In this document: positions 25,181 to 39,887 of the stretch, in pieces
Layout of the letters: every line of letters starts with the position of its first letter
How positions within the stretch are numbered: position 1 is the first letter of the stretch
Assembly: GCA_951406725.2 (NCBI GenBank)
Contig: OX597816.1
Coordinates: 83,514,001 to 83,578,000, forward strand
Origin: Octopus vulgaris
Taxonomy: Eukaryota
Direction of reading: 5' to 3'
Length of the DNA stretch: 64,000 bases
Translations under genes and position numbers: made by a program
The notes under the pieces: generated by a model
What the model was told of the DNA's origin: nothing
The model's database searches: none
What the model saw: only the letters and a program-made list of their open reading frames with translations

Positions 25181-26050
25181 TATAGATGTGCACGTACATA
25201 TGCACATATATATAAAGCGTACTTACGTCCATATATACAAGCGAGACAAGTTTGTCACAGTAAAAGTGAAAGAGAGAGCAAGAGAATAGATAGAACGGGA
25301 AAGAGAGAGAGAGAGAGAGAGAGAGCAAGAAAGAGAAAGAAAAGAGAGAGAGGGCAAGTGCATGAGAGAGAAGAGAAAGGAAAGAAAGAGAAGAGAGAGG
25401 AAAAAAGAGAGGAGCAACAGGAAACAGCTTGAAGACAAACCACTGCAACGAGAACAAAAGCAACAGGAACGATATGAAAAACAAAAGCAAGAACAACAAC
25501 AGCAACATAAGTAACACCACCATCCCTACCACATCCACCACCACCACCACTACCTATAACAAGAACACCCATATTGGCTACAGCAGCAGAAATAGCACCA
25601 GCCTATTACAGCACATTACACCATTTACGATTTTGTTATATACTCTCCTCAGAAGTCTTCCTCTTGGCAATACCGAATGACGCTGTAATCAGTTATTGCT
25701 GATCAATTAAGAAATGCAATAATGCTTTCCATCTAAAAGAGGGATTATTTCCTGATATTTAGCTATATTACGAATTTCCCATAGGTTAATCATTAGAAAT
25801 CGCTTAAATTTCTTGTGGAGTCTTTCGCTTTCTGAAACCTTGCTTTCTTTTCTTTTTTTTTCTATATCTCTGTTTATTCCTTTTTCTCACTTCTCTCTCC
25901 TTCTCTATCTATCTATCTCTCAACAAACACACACACACATGTTTGTACGTATGTATATTATATATCATATATAGGCGCGTTGTACAAGTACACATATACA
26001 TGTAAATGTCTCTGTATCTATGTAACTATGTATGTACGTGTGTGTGTATG

Positions 26051-26092
<42 letters not shown>

Positions 26093-26817
26093 CACACATA
26101 TACGTACATATATATATATATGCGCAAATGCAAATGTATATATATATGTATGTGTGTATGCCCATATGTATAAAGACACCGATGCATATATTTATATATG
26201 CATGTATGCATTTATGTATATATGTTATAAACGCATGTATGTATACATGCACACATAGACATCAACATCAACACTATAAATGACGTTTAAGGCTTTTCTA
26301 TCATGATTAGTACCAATACTCTCCTCTTGACTCAATTTATCTCATTGTGAAGATAACTTCTGAGACGAAAGCACGCCAACAGGAAAATAGATATAAGATA
26401 ATTCAGAAATTGATATTGATATCGTAATGTGTAATCTAGCCAGCCAGCCACGTTACGCAGTCAGTCTGTTACTCAGTATATTCAGCATTTCCTTCTGCAT
26501 ATAACGAGTGAGCGGTGTTTGGGCAAATCAAAAGTCGAAATCAAAGTGCTGTGTATAACTTGAAGACATAATTAAGCTATTGGCAATCGGAGACCATGAA
26601 GTGGGTTCAATTCCCGGTTGGAAATGCCATTTTATTCCACTCATGGTTATTATGTTGTTTTTTTTGAGAAATGTGGAAACGTGAGAAACTCCCGTTTTCC
26701 ACTATTCTGATATTCGTATTAGCAGACTTGCTTTCAAAATAAACACAGATACACAAATACACACACACACACACACACATGCATTTGATGGATTCTCCCG
26801 TCGGTTTCGACGTATGA

Positions 26818-26884
<67 letters not shown>

Positions 26885-26938
26885 TATATATATATACACA
26901 TATATATATATATAAATACATACATATATAGATAGATA

Positions 26939-26974
<36 letters not shown>

Positions 26975-27021
26975 TATATGTATATACGTATATCTGAATT
27001 ATATATACGCATGTGTGTGTA

Positions 27022-27065
<44 letters not shown>

Positions 27066-27333
27066 CGGGAGTATATTCGAAATAAGATAGAGAAGGAGCG
27101 GAGTGAAAGATGTAATCGAAAGTTTCAGAGACAACTGGAGGACTCTGCTGTACCCTATCATACCCTACTGAGTGCCACCCAAGAAATCGAAAAAGACCAC
27201 TCTTAAGGCCTCGACGACCATTAAAAGACAATTTTGTTAAGCGATTTGGAACAAAATGGAAAAGAATGGCGCAATCCAGAAAGAATTGGGAGCGCATCAT
27301 GATACATGCATGCATACATACATATATACGTAC

Positions 27334-27373
<40 letters not shown>

Positions 27374-27378
<5 letters not shown>

Positions 27379-27610
27379 AAACATATTTAGAAATGGATGC
27401 GTGCGTTCCTTGTATTGTATGTCCTATATTTTTTTGTTGTTTAAGAAAAAAGTCCATTTCCGTGGTTTTGTGTTTATGTTTTCGTTTCTGATTGTGTTCG
27501 ACGTTTTTTTGGTGTCCTGTACCCATATATGCATGTATATATTCATGTAGATGTAGGTACGTACATATATGTATGTATATATGCATATGCTTTATTTATT
27601 AATTTGTTAT
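27374..27610 (+). mobile_element. 5'-truncated family P1 copy lacking the ribozyme
   Basis: Similarity starts at 'ttccttgtattg', just downstream of the ribozyme block. Same tail, flanked by (TA)n. Confidence 0.6.
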
Positions 27611-27613
27611 TAT

Positions 27614-27644
<31 letters not shown>

Positions 27645-28675
27645 CGTAGACACATATGCACAGACACAACATACACACACACACGTACACACGCACATAG
27701 ACTCACACGCGCACACACATATTCTAACACACACACATACACACACGCGCACATGCAAATGAACCCACACATAACTCCCATACACATACACTCATACATA
27801 CACGCACACAATTATACATCCATGGATACATACACACACGCACGCACACATACGTACACACATACACGCACACACAGATACACGCTGCACGCAAAACACA
27901 CACACACACACACACACAACATATACATAGACGCACACACAAATACTTCAAACTATCAGTTAAACACCTTTCTAGTGACTATCCTCCTACGCACATGTGT
28001 AGGGAGACACAACAGACAGCCACTCCTACCAAAATTCTTACTATAAATTCTTCCTACGACATAAAGCGACACAAAGTCCAACCACACAGATACATAAAGA
28101 GTCACAACCACACACACACACATACACACATACACGCGCGTACTATCATTACACACACACACACGCAGTCCTGCGCGCACGCACATACCCACACATACAC
28201 ACACATACGCTCTTGTCTTGCACTCTGCGGTCTTAGAAAGAATTTTTTTCCTCACCCTTTCCGGTCATTTCAATATGTGACCGCGTGTGTATTGCTGGCG
28301 ATTGTCTTTCTCCGTCTTCCGTTCTTTGTACTTTTTCTATATTTCTGATGAAGAGCTTTAATAAAAAATATTACTTTTAATAAACTAATATTTTCAATGA
28401 ACTTTTTGTCTAATATTTTGTCAGATATTTCCTTGTAAACTGTTGTCAACATTTTCTTATTATAATCAAAGAATGTATATATGTATTTCAATACTTTTGT
28501 GCCAACCAGTATTTAACACAACAAACCTTATACAAAGCTTTACATTTTACTTTTGACAATCTCTTTCTAAAAAATTGAAACCGGTCAAGTGAATAAACAT
28601 CTTTAAAATTGCATTTTCAAACCTTGGAACCTTACACTTTGTTATATATATAAATAGATAAATATATATATATAA

Positions 28676-29000
28676 GACCCCCCTTCGGTCATGAGTGACC
28701 ATGGGTTTGCACCTAGAGAGTTACCCTCTGAGGCACAAGTCTGGGCAAGGTTGTTTTATGGAAGACCAGTAGTCGCCCATGCATACCGGCCTCCCCTCTC
28801 CACGCCACCAGTGTTATCCAAGGGAAAGACAAAGGTCGATACAGCTTGGCACCAGTGACGTCGCAACTCATTTCTACAGCTGAGTGAACTGGAGCAACGT
28901 GAAATAAAGTGTCTTGCTCAAGAACACAACACACAGCCCGGTCCGGGATTCGAGCTCACAACCTCACGATCGTAAGCTCGACGCTCTAACCACTGAGCCA
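28676..29000 (-). mobile_element. tRNA-derived CORE-type SINE (group C2)
   Basis: Minus: tggctcagtggttagagcg...gctcgaatccc...gttcttgagcaagacactttatttcacgttgctccagttcactcagctg. Different 3' tail from C1. Confidence 0.85.
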
Positions 29001-29194
29001 AGAAAACACAAAAAAAAAAAAACAAAAAAAAAACACAACAACGCGAGGACGTGGAACAAATATAGTATTATTGGACGCTCAGGAAAGAAGGAAGAAGGAT
29101 GGTTTAATGTTTCTTCGTCGGAAACATAGGAGAAGGAAAGAACCCGAGAAGGGAAGACAGAGGGAAAAAAATCGACAACGGTACTCACGAGGTC

Positions 29195-29195
<1 letters not shown>
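29001..29195 (-). mobile_element. Family M2 copy with deleted HHR stem II
   Basis: Minus: gtttccgacgaagaaacattaaacc...ttcctgagcgtccaataatact, the same as 8009-8100 minus the GAGC/GCTC hairpin. Confidence 0.6.
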
Positions 29196-29264
<69 letters not shown>

Positions 29265-29379
29265 TTAGGGAGTAAATCCAAACTTACAGGGAAAAATTAG
29301 ATTTAGGATTAAATCCAATTTTATAGTATAAATATATTATATTAAAAAAAAAAATAAATAAAATAATATAAAAATATAC

Positions 29380-29416
<37 letters not shown>

Positions 29417-29544
29417 TAAAATTTATAAGTTTAAATTATTTAAATAATTTTTAAATTTTAACTTTTACATTTTTTAAATTGATTTTATTTCTATGTATTG
29501 GCTTATGATTTTCACTGTTTGATTTGCCTAATAGTGGTTTTATC

Positions 29545-29584
<40 letters not shown>

Positions 29585-29586
<2 letters not shown>

Positions 29587-29745
29587 GACGGGCTTCTTTC
29601 AGTTTCCGTCTACGAAATCCACTCACAAGGATTTGGTCGGGCCGAGGCCATAGTAGATGACTCTTGCCGTAGGTCCCACGCAGCAGGATTGAACCCGAAT
29701 CCATGTGGTTAGGAAGCAATCTTCTTGCCATACAGCCGCTCCTGT
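29585..29745 (-). mobile_element. SINE group A, 5' half
   Basis: cgacgggcttctttcagtttccgtctac.aaatccactcacaagg. Confidence 0.85.
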
Positions 29746-29756
29746 ACTTATATATA

Positions 29757-29789
<33 letters not shown>

Positions 29790-30036
29790 GTGTATTAATC
29801 TAAATACACATACATATCAATGTGTAGCGTAAATATGTATATAAGTGATGGCGCGCGTGCATGTGCGTGTGTGTGTGTGAGTGTGCCTGTGTGAGTGTAC
29901 ACACATGTCCGGAGTTATATGTCAAAGCGATATATAACCTTAGACAAGACACCGAGACGTGGAGATAGAGACATAGAGTGAATGAGAATGGTAGAGAGAA
30001 AGCGAGAGAGAGAAAGAATGACAGACAGACAGAGAG

Positions 30037-30090
<54 letters not shown>

Positions 30091-31759
30091 TGAGAGAGAG
30101 AAGCGGGATGGCTATGTAATGAAACCAACAAATGGCTAAATCTTTTTCCAGTTTAGTTATTTAAGAAACATGATCTCTCAAACCCCCCCTCCCATACTCT
30201 CTCACATACATTTATTCTCATTATCACTCTCCTTGACAATCATTCACTCACGCACACACACACACACACACACATGATATCACCGAAATACTCGCATACA
30301 TACTGCTTCTCTCTTTGATCTGTGTCTATGTCTCTTTCTCTCCTGCCCCCCCTCCTCCTATCCCTCTCTCATTTCTTCTAATCTGACACCGACCATATTT
30401 TTCTCCACGACACGCATATTGCTATTCTTATTTATTTCATATCATGATGAATCCGGGCAACATTCCATCCACTTCTCTTCTGTGAGAGTCAGTTGTCTAG
30501 TCAAGTGATTAATGGAAACTCAAATTAGGGACAGGGTGGAAGCTAGTTTTAGGTATGTCGCTCTCTCCCCCCTCCCTTTCTCTCTCTCTCTCTCCTCTTT
30601 AAAGAACGGGACTTCTCTCAAGAAGCAGATTTATGCGATGTACAGTAAAACAAAAAACAAAAACAAAAAACGCTCAATTATTTATTCGTGTCAAGATCTA
30701 ATCCATGTAAATCCACGATATAAGTGAAATCAAATGGAGTTTTTAACCTGGAATTGAAACCACCCCGCAGCCTTGACTCACCAGGAGTTTGAAATTCCTC
30801 TCCAACTTGTTCATCTTATGATTTAGATTTTAATTTACCTGAATAACATCTGAAGACTTGATAGTTCGTATTTATCCTCTGGTACGACAATGTGCTCATG
30901 GCCCTAAGATGGCGTATTACTGCTGCTGCTGATAGCTCTAGTTTGATCCACACTGAGCAGACAAATGAGTCAAAGTATTCCAGCAGTAACGTACCTTGTC
31001 ATTTGTGCGTTTGTGTATGTGTGTGCGAGCATGAGATAGAGATAGAGAGGCAGAGACAGACAGAGCGGGGAAGAGTATAGAGATAGAGAACAATAGCTAA
31101 TGACTCCGTATTTCAACCAAGGGATGAAGTACATTGAGTACATTGTTCAGGAAGTCGAACGACCAGGTAGAGACGCACCTTTTGATATTCCAACTCAGTT
31201 AGTTTTGCGAAACTTACAGAGAACCGATATACCTAGAAAATAATTTTATAATCTGAAGGCTTACAGCCATGTATCACAAGTCATAGGAGCATGAGTTTTA
31301 CTGCAATCTAAGACAAATACAATCGTATTTAACTTGCAGGCGCACACTCGGACATCGCAAGATATATTGCGGTAGAAATTATCACGAGAAAAAACGCCTT
31401 ATAGAGAGTATGCGTGAAAACTATACCAGTAGGTAAGGAATGATCTCATCGGACCTAAGATCGTAAGCGTTTCTGCTTTCTTTTGAAACAATTTCCAACA
31501 CTGAGTGTACACGAGCATGTTAAATGTTATTGTACGTGCTTATATTTCATTTAGTGTGTCATCGATTAATTAATTCCAACTTTAAAATCTTTGTGCGCGA
31601 AGAAAATGTATCATTTGCTGTTCCAGTATGACAACAATCTGTTATCAGCAGCTTTGAAGGGCGACTTGATATCCATAGCGGACGATACACAGCAACAGAG
31701 AAATGTAAACGTCCTACGGTCCAATGATGTCATTCCTATCTCAATAGTATATTGTCCAT

Positions 31760-32325
31760 ACTGGCAGAAACGTTAGCACGCCGGGCGAAATGCTTAGCGG
31801 TATTTCGTCTGCCGCTACATTCTGAGTTCAAATTCCGCCGAGGTCAACTTTGCCCTTCGTCCTTTCGGGGTCGATTAAATAAGTACCAGTTACGCACTGG
31901 GGTCGATATAATCGACTTAATCGGTTTGTCTGTCCTTGTTTGTCACCTCTGTGTAGCCCCTTGTGGGCAGTAAAGAAATAGGTATTTCGTCTGCTGCTAC
32001 GTTCTGAGTTCAAATTCCGCCGAGGTCGACTTTGCCTTTCATCCTTTCGAGGTCGATTAAATAAGTACCAGTTACGCACTAGGGTCGATATAATCGACTT
32101 AATCCGTTTGTCTGTTCTTGTTTGTCCTCTCTGTGTTTATCCCCTTGTGGGTAGTAAAGAAATAGGTATTTCGTCTATCATTATGTTCTGAGTTCAAATT
32201 CCGCCGAGGTCGACTTTGCCTTTCATCATTTCGGGGTCGATAAATTAAGTACCAGTCTCGTATTGGGGTCGATCTGATCGACTGGCCCCTCCCTAAAAAT
32301 TTCGGGCCTTGTGCCTAGAGTAGAG
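31760..32325 (+). mobile_element. SINE group B, trimeric array
   Basis: Three tandem units of about 190 bp, inverted relative to 15715-16282. Confidence 0.9.
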
Positions 32326-33124
32326 AGAGTATAGTATTTTGTCCAATTATGTCATTCATAGCTCAATAGTATGTTGTCTAGATTTTTGTCTATCTTGTCT
32401 ACAAGGAGATTCGTATCTCTCGAGACGATTTCTGCAGCGTATGTCTTTCTATGCCCATGTATGCACGCACACACAGGTTAAATATGAATATAAATGCCCA
32501 TATTTCATTCAACGCTGCTTGGTCCACGTCTAATTAACAAAGACGTAAACCTCATAATAAATTTGATATGGAACCTCGAAGGCGGTTTAATGTTGGACAG
32601 AACAGTCTCCCGATTAAGTCTATAATCAAAATGTTGCAACGCTTACTACATCTGTACTGATGTGCATCAAACTAACAAGGCCAAGATACCGACTTCTGAG
32701 CCAAGCAGGATCTTCATACACCTAGTACGCGATTGAGTGGTGATTTGGGTACCAGCATGAAAATCAGCTACAACACCGAATGTAAAAGTTACGAGTGTTA
32801 TAAAAGCTACTACAAGGCTTACCACTTTCAGGACAGAGTTGTGAGTTAACAGTGGGTGTTGCAACAAAGGTCTTAACTAATCAGTCATTTAAACTCCATT
32901 CTTTTTTGAACAGACGGCTGTCAAACTTCTTACATGCATACATACATTCATAAATACATACATACATACATACATAAATACATACACGCACACAGAGACA
33001 CATACATACGCATATGTATGTATGTTTGTATGTATGTATGTGTGTATGAATGTATGTACGCGTAGGCACACGTTTACACGCATATATACAAATATGCATG
33101 CACACACACACACACGCGCACACA

Positions 33125-33159
<35 letters not shown>

Positions 33160-33979
33160 GCACACACACACAGACAGAGGGTAATTTCAGTCAATTTGCT
33201 TTCTGTTTATGTTACCTAGAAACTGTTAGCATTGGCACAGGAATTAACTGGGTCTCATACTGAAGAATATTTGAATAGTCTCACTGATGGGATGCGAGCT
33301 GTAGAGCAATTCTTTGAACCGGCAGTTCAGTAAATCTGGCAGCATTTCTGTCAGCTGTGACTTTCATGTAAGAAAAGAGACACTAATTCAATTTAACGAA
33401 AGAATGGTTTGTGTTAAGAGGAAATAATCAACCGTAAATGTACTACATCTCGTTAACATTACTGAAAGCTGTTTTAACTCTGATTAAGAATTTAGCCCCA
33501 TTTCAGCGGAAAAATAAAATCTGAAAAATAAACAACAAAAACATTTCTTGTTAGTTTTTTTTTTTTTACTGCCTTTTATCGTTAAAGCTCTTGTCTGGAG
33601 TTTGAACTTCTAGCCATACAGCTGATTTCATGATTTCTTGCTAACAACTCATTGTTTGCTTTATTTTATCTTCAATTTATTTTTTAATTTACAAAGTACG
33701 AAGAATCTTTATTTAGGAAATGTATACACCAGCAGATTATTGGCTTAAAGGAAAGGAAATGCCCTGAGCTGGTTATTCAGACTTCTTCGAACTCACGACC
33801 CATCCACCACACCTTCAATTACTTCTAGTTTATAGTTGCTAGGCAGGCTATCCTGAAATATATTGATATTTTGACAAAATGCGAAACCAATAACTTCTTT
33901 TTATATAAAATCCAGAAACTGAACTCGAATCTGAATCAGTAACTTGTTTATCGCAAAATATACTAATTGGTATTAAATT

Positions 33980-34295
33980 ACAGCCTGGCGCATCGCAGCC
34001 TCTGGTCCACAGTTGTACTGCCTCCTGTCTATCTTTCTAGTCGCTGATATATTGACCCCAGTTCCTCGGATGTGGCTGGTCTCATACATTCTCCACTTAG
34101 ACACCACAGATTCACTCTGGTTATTACATCTCATCACTCCTGTTGCGTCCAACTCTCTTTCTCTTTCTCACTTTCTCTCTGCCCTACATTAACTACTCTG
34201 CCCAGTCTTTCCTTTCAAGAACATTAGCCGTTTGGAATCTTCTTGCTCATGACGTTCCACCAGGAATTGACCTGCAACAATTTAAATGTAACTCG
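33980..34295 (+). mobile_element. Decayed non-LTR retrotransposon ORF2 3' end
   Basis: LAHR...SSDVAGLI...YSAQSFLSRTLAVWNLL..DVPPGIDLQQFK, fitting the 'SF.PRT..LWN.LP....FK' LINE C-terminal pattern. Confidence 0.55.
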
Positions 34296-34785
34296 GACGT
34301 CAAGCTCACCGGTCTCAGAGAACATACAAAGGTCATGGCTACTACTTTTTTTCCTCTAGATTCAGCAATAAAAAAAATACTAGTCACCAAAATATAGTTA
34401 TTTAATTTTTTTGTTTCTGAATATATGTCAGACGTTGATTCAAGCGTGTCTTTTGTTTTTCGCTTGCACATCTAGATTTTGAAATATGAAAGTTATATTT
34501 TTTACAGGTTTATCCAATAATTATAAAATAATCATTTTTTATACAAAATTTGCTTATTGTTTCAACAGAAGTACTGCATATATTTAATTAATTCTTATTT
34601 ATTTAATTTCAAAGTAATTTTATTACAAAATTTCAAAAGTTTTGAGTTTTTATTGTTTGACTATCTTGGTGGAATCATTCTTCTTGCTCGTCGTTTACCG
34701 TACCAAAATATTCTGGAAAGATATCTAGACAGCAGTTTAGAAGGTGTATCGTTAACGAAACTTGATAGCTTATTTCTTTATAAAC

Positions 34786-35172
34786 AGTGGCTGTTTGGTA
34801 AGTAGCTTGCTTACCAACCACATGGTTCCGGGTTCAGTCCCACTGCATGGCACCTTAGGCAAGTGTCTTCTACTATAGCATCGAGCAGACCAAAGCCTTG
34901 TGAGTGGATTTCGTAGACGAAAACTGAAAGAAGCCTGGCGTGTGTGTATATATGTGTGCGTGTGTGTGTGTGTATGTTTGTGTATCTATGTTTGTCCCTC
35001 CAACATCGCTTGACAACCGATGTTGGTGCGTTTACGTCTCCGTAACTTAGCGGTTGGGCAAAAGAGACCGGTAGAATAAGTACTAGGTTTACAAAGGGGG
35101 TCGATCTGCTCGACTATAGGCGGTGCTCCAGCATGGCCGCATTCAAATGACTGAAACAAGTGAAAGAATAAA
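34786..35172 (+). mobile_element. SINE group A
   Basis: Near full-length match to 10557-10960. Confidence 0.9.
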
Positions 35173-35649
35173 AAGCTTTAAATTAATTTTCTATATGAAG
35201 GCTACTTATTTTCCATTGCAGTGTATGAGGGGAGAGGGGTGTGTTTTCTTTTTCAAGTCCGATGTCTTTTCGAACCTCCTTGATTTTTGACCACAAATAT
35301 TATCTCTCTTTTAATTTGTTGCATAACATTTAGTACTGAAATCTATTTGGATTGACTGCGTTCATTGTTTCCACACAAATTTTTCATTTAACCAAGTTTA
35401 ATATGAAGAGGTGGCAGAAATATCTTCTTGGTATTAACTGAGAGGACGGAATAGACACTCTTTATTCGTAGGATATACATTGATCTTAGTGGCCAGATAC
35501 GTTTAAATATATTCAGTTGTGGTGTCACAAAATCCCGTAGGCATGACAAGCAGCAACATTTAACAAATCAGTCAACAACATATCAAAGTTTTTGAGATGA
35601 TCCCTTCAGAAATTGCATTGACGAACAATTAAGCAGTAGGAAATGCAAT

Positions 35650-36075
35650 TCTTTTCTACTCTAGGCACAAGGCCCAAAATTGTTGGGGCGGGGGGCAGTC
35701 GACTAGATTGACTCCAGTACGTAACCGGTACTTAATTTATCGACCCTGAAAAGAGGAAAGGCAAAGTCAACCTCGGCGGAATTTGAACTCAGAACGTAAC
35801 AGCAGACGAAATATCGCTAAGTATTTCGCCCGGCGTTCTAACGTTTCTTATTTCTTTATTGCCCATAAGGGGCTAAACATAGAGGGGACAAACAAGGACA
35901 GACAAAGGGATTAAGTCGATTATATCGACCCAGTGCATAACTGGTACTTATTTAATCGACCCCGAAAGGATGAAAGGCAAAGTCGACCTCGGCGGAATTT
36001 GAACTCACAACGTAACGGCAGACGAAATACAGCTAAGCATTTCGCCAGCTAACGTTTCTGCCAGCTCGCCGCCTT
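35650..36075 (-). mobile_element. SINE group B, dimer
   Basis: Two units, from head ggcggcgagctggcagaaacgttag to tail gggccttgtgcctagagtagaaaagaat. Confidence 0.88.
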
Positions 36076-37091
36076 GTAGTAAATGCAATTCATGATATCA
36101 TTCGTCATTTGGGTGAAAAGAATGTTCACTAAGATTGTATGGTTTTTCTGTTCTTGATTCCAAGCTTCTTTGTCATAACTTAGATGCTACATGTAACTGA
36201 AACAAGATTGTGAAGAGTCACAGATACTATCACAGTAATAGAGTAGACCAATTACTTTGAAGCATGTTACTCAGATTTTTATTTTGATAGCGACTCCCTT
36301 CATTCAGTTTTGAAGCAAGAAGCTCTCTCTCTATAGCGTAAAAAACTTTGCCTCCATAGTTTCCTCGGATAGATATTCAGAATCTGTAGTTGCCACCCCT
36401 CCACAACTTACGCTACCGTCACTGTTCATTACATCGTCTACGAGGGTAGTTTATAAGGGGGAAAAGAAATATGCATTGCTCTAACTTGTTGGACTGGTCT
36501 ACGTGATGCGAAAAGTTCAGTTACGTTAACAACACGAAAATACTAGCTAGAATGCTGATCTCTTTGTTCTCTCCATGTTAAGATTACAGCAAAAGACATT
36601 GACAACCTAATTTAGTTCAATTAATCATATGGTCAATTTGCTCCAGTTAAGAAATTTCGATGTAGTTTCACTGATTGTCATTGTCACCTACAAGACAACC
36701 ATATATATGTTAAGTGTTTATATGATCCTTTGCGATAGCATGCCGTTGTATCTGTGTTGTAAAAGTACCAGAAACATAACAAAATTGTTCTGGATTATTT
36801 TTACAGCTACGATGTATAATGATTAAATGGAAATATACTAAGCAACTACCTTGAAAAATACAAAATATTTCAAATAGTTATAATCTCATAAATTATACGG
36901 ACGTCGAAAAAGGCGAAAACAGTTTTAAATTTGAAACAAGATTGCTTTTCCTACTCCACCCAGAATGAAGGTTCCTTTTTGATCAAGGTTATTTCATCTG
37001 GATGAGTTTATATTCACCTTGTGAAAGGCAATATATACCAGCTCACTGATTCGCCTATCAAAGTACTAAGTAATATATACAACTGTCAAAA

Positions 37092-37480
37092 TAGGCGCAG
37101 ACGTAACTTTGTAGCAAAAAGTTCCCTTCACAACTTCACGGTTTTAGATTCATTCTAACCACGCGGTTCCATCAGCAAGTGTTTTCTACTATAACCATGG
37201 GCCTCACAATGCCTTATGAGTAGATTTGGTGGACGAAAGCTGAAACAAACCTGCTGTATATACATGTCTTTGCGTCTATGTTTGTCCTCCAAAACCTGTG
37301 GTAGTCTGTTTACACCTCCTTACCTTAGTGTTTCGGCAAAAGCGGCCAATAGAATAAGTATCAGGCTTTAAAAATCAGTAAGTACTGGGATAATTTCATT
37401 CGACTAAAAAATTTTCAAGACAGTACCTCAGGACGGCCACATTTTAATGACTGAAACAAGTAGAAGGTAAAAGATAAAAA
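37092..37480 (+). mobile_element. Diverged SINE group A
   Basis: ataggcgcag...gccttatgagtagatttggtggacgaaagctgaaa...aatgactgaaacaagt. Confidence 0.75.
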
Positions 37481-38035
37481 GAACCTGATATAAACAAGGT
37501 ATAAACTTTGTTAAAACACACAAGAGTTTCTGTTAACTAAATAATTAAAGAACTACATGCCAATTATATTTACTTAGTGTAAAAACAATAGGTTTTCTTG
37601 ACAAATACAAATATATATTGTAAGCGAAACGGAAATCTGACGTTCTTGGCTTCACACGGAATATTCATTAGCTTAAAATATACGGTGAAAAAGCCCTCAC
37701 GTGGAGACTCCACACGTGAAAGTATATTAGTCTCTTTTTTACTGTTTGCGTTGTGGTTGCTTGTTTTTCTTCATTTTTTTTGTTTTTGCATATTACTAAA
37801 AGCTTGTTTTAACGAGCATGTCTATATCGCATACTTCTTCATTATACAGACATCACTATTTTCCTACTGACTTCCCGTATTTCTTTTCAATCATGTAAGC
37901 TTAGAGCGGTGTCACGAAGAAAACTATTCCCTAGAGATAAAGCTACGGCCCAGCAACGATTTGTGTATGTACACGCCTGACTGTGAATGTGTGTGCGCGT
38001 CTATCAATGATATAAATATGAGTGCTTTTATGTAC

Positions 38036-38175
38036 CTATTTCTTTATTACCCACAATGGGCTAAACACAGAGGGGACAAACAAGGATAGACATAGGTATT
38101 AAGTCGATTACATCGACCCCAGTGCGTAACTGGTACTTAATTTATCGACCCCGAAAGAATGAAAGGCAAAGTTAC
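38036..38175 (-). mobile_element. SINE group B fragment
   Basis: tttctttattacccacaa.gggctaaacacagaggggacaaacaagga...atcgaccccgaaag. Confidence 0.8.
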
Positions 38176-38857
38176 CACGAGTCCATATGAGAGGTCTTCT
38201 CGTGATAACTATCGCAGTACTCAGTGTTCTGACAAAAGATACCCGTTAAGTTAGCCATAAAAGTTGTCTTATGGTATTAATACTGCTTCTGTCGTTATTA
38301 ATTCTTTTATAGTAAGCCACCTGGCTATTTGCGGCATCAGTGCCTGAAAACAAAGTGAAATTCTATGATAAAGAGAATCGGCTCTTTCGTTGGTGGCAGA
38401 TGTCTGCTTCTGAGGAGTAAAATACACTGCGAAATAACGTGATCTAGTATATGTATGTGTATATTACATATGTATATATGTGTATACAAAGACACAAAGG
38501 CATATATATATATATATATATATATACATACGTATGTGTGTGCGTGCGCGCACGCATGTGTTTGTGTATGTAAAATGGCCTTATTTTTTCTTTCTCATTT
38601 AGTTCAGGGTTATTTTCTCTGCATTTATTATACATTATTTGTTCATTAGTTTTTAGCACCTTATTGACATGCTTACCACTCTTTTAGTTTTGGGAAACAA
38701 AAATATTACGAGATTGGCAAATTTACTGCTAAACCTAGTTCTTTACGGTGATTATATATGTGTATGTATGTATGTATGTATGTATGTATGTATGTATGTA
38801 TGTATGTATGTATGTATGTATGTATGTATGTATGTATGCATGCATGCATGTATGTAC

Positions 38858-38897
<40 letters not shown>

Positions 38898-39439
38898 TTG
38901 TGTGCAAACAATTGTCTAGTTACCTATTGAATAGACCTTTTCACTTTCAGATGTCGCAGACTGATGCCGCTGGATAGTCAAATACATCTTTCATCAGAGG
39001 AATTCAGTAACAATGGTTCGGCCAGTACAGGCTGACCCACCACCAGCATGCGACTAGATTCCCCCTTCTTCTTCTTCTTCTTCTTCTTCTTCTTCTTCTT
39101 CTTCTTCTTCTTCTTCTTCTTCTTCTTCTTCTTCTTCTTCTTTTTTTTTTTTTCCTTCATCCTCTTCTGCTCCTTCCTTTTCTCCTTATCATTGACCCCC
39201 CTCCACATAATATCTACACCACATACTTCCCCCGCATCCCCACTTTCAAATTATTCTTTTCTGTTTCCTTACGAAATTTTCCTTACAACAATCTTTGAAG
39301 GGCGCACAGTGTAATAACACACTTTCGATGCAAGTCTGATGAAGTGCTTCCCCAATGACTACAACTGAAAATATTACGAGGTTTTCCATTTATAATTTAA
39401 GCGTCAACTAGCGTTACAAATAGAGATGGCACGGAAACT

Positions 39440-39854
39440 TTTGTAACTTATAATTAAAGATGTGTAAATAAATTTTCCTTGTCTCCTTTTTTTCATTGGG
39501 TTCTTTATTTGTACTGTTTTTTTCTTCATTTGTATTGCTTTTACATCCTGTTCTTGTCACTTTTTTTACCCCTCTGCAAAAGAATTTTATTTAATTCATT
39601 TTGCAGGAAGGATTGCTTCGGTCGTATCGTGTTCTGCCCTTACCTTCGAAACACGCATTGAGTCGAAACAGGGGCAGCTGAAGAAGGGGAATATTCCTTG
39701 TATTGTTTGTCTTGTACTCTGTTTTTTCGTTGTTAAAAAAAGTCCGTTTCCTTGTTTGATTTTATGTTTTCGTTTCTCGTTGTGTTCTACGTTTATTCAT
39801 GGTGTCCTGTACTCATATATGCATGTATATATACATATAGATGTAGGTATGTAC

Positions 39855-39887
<33 letters not shown>

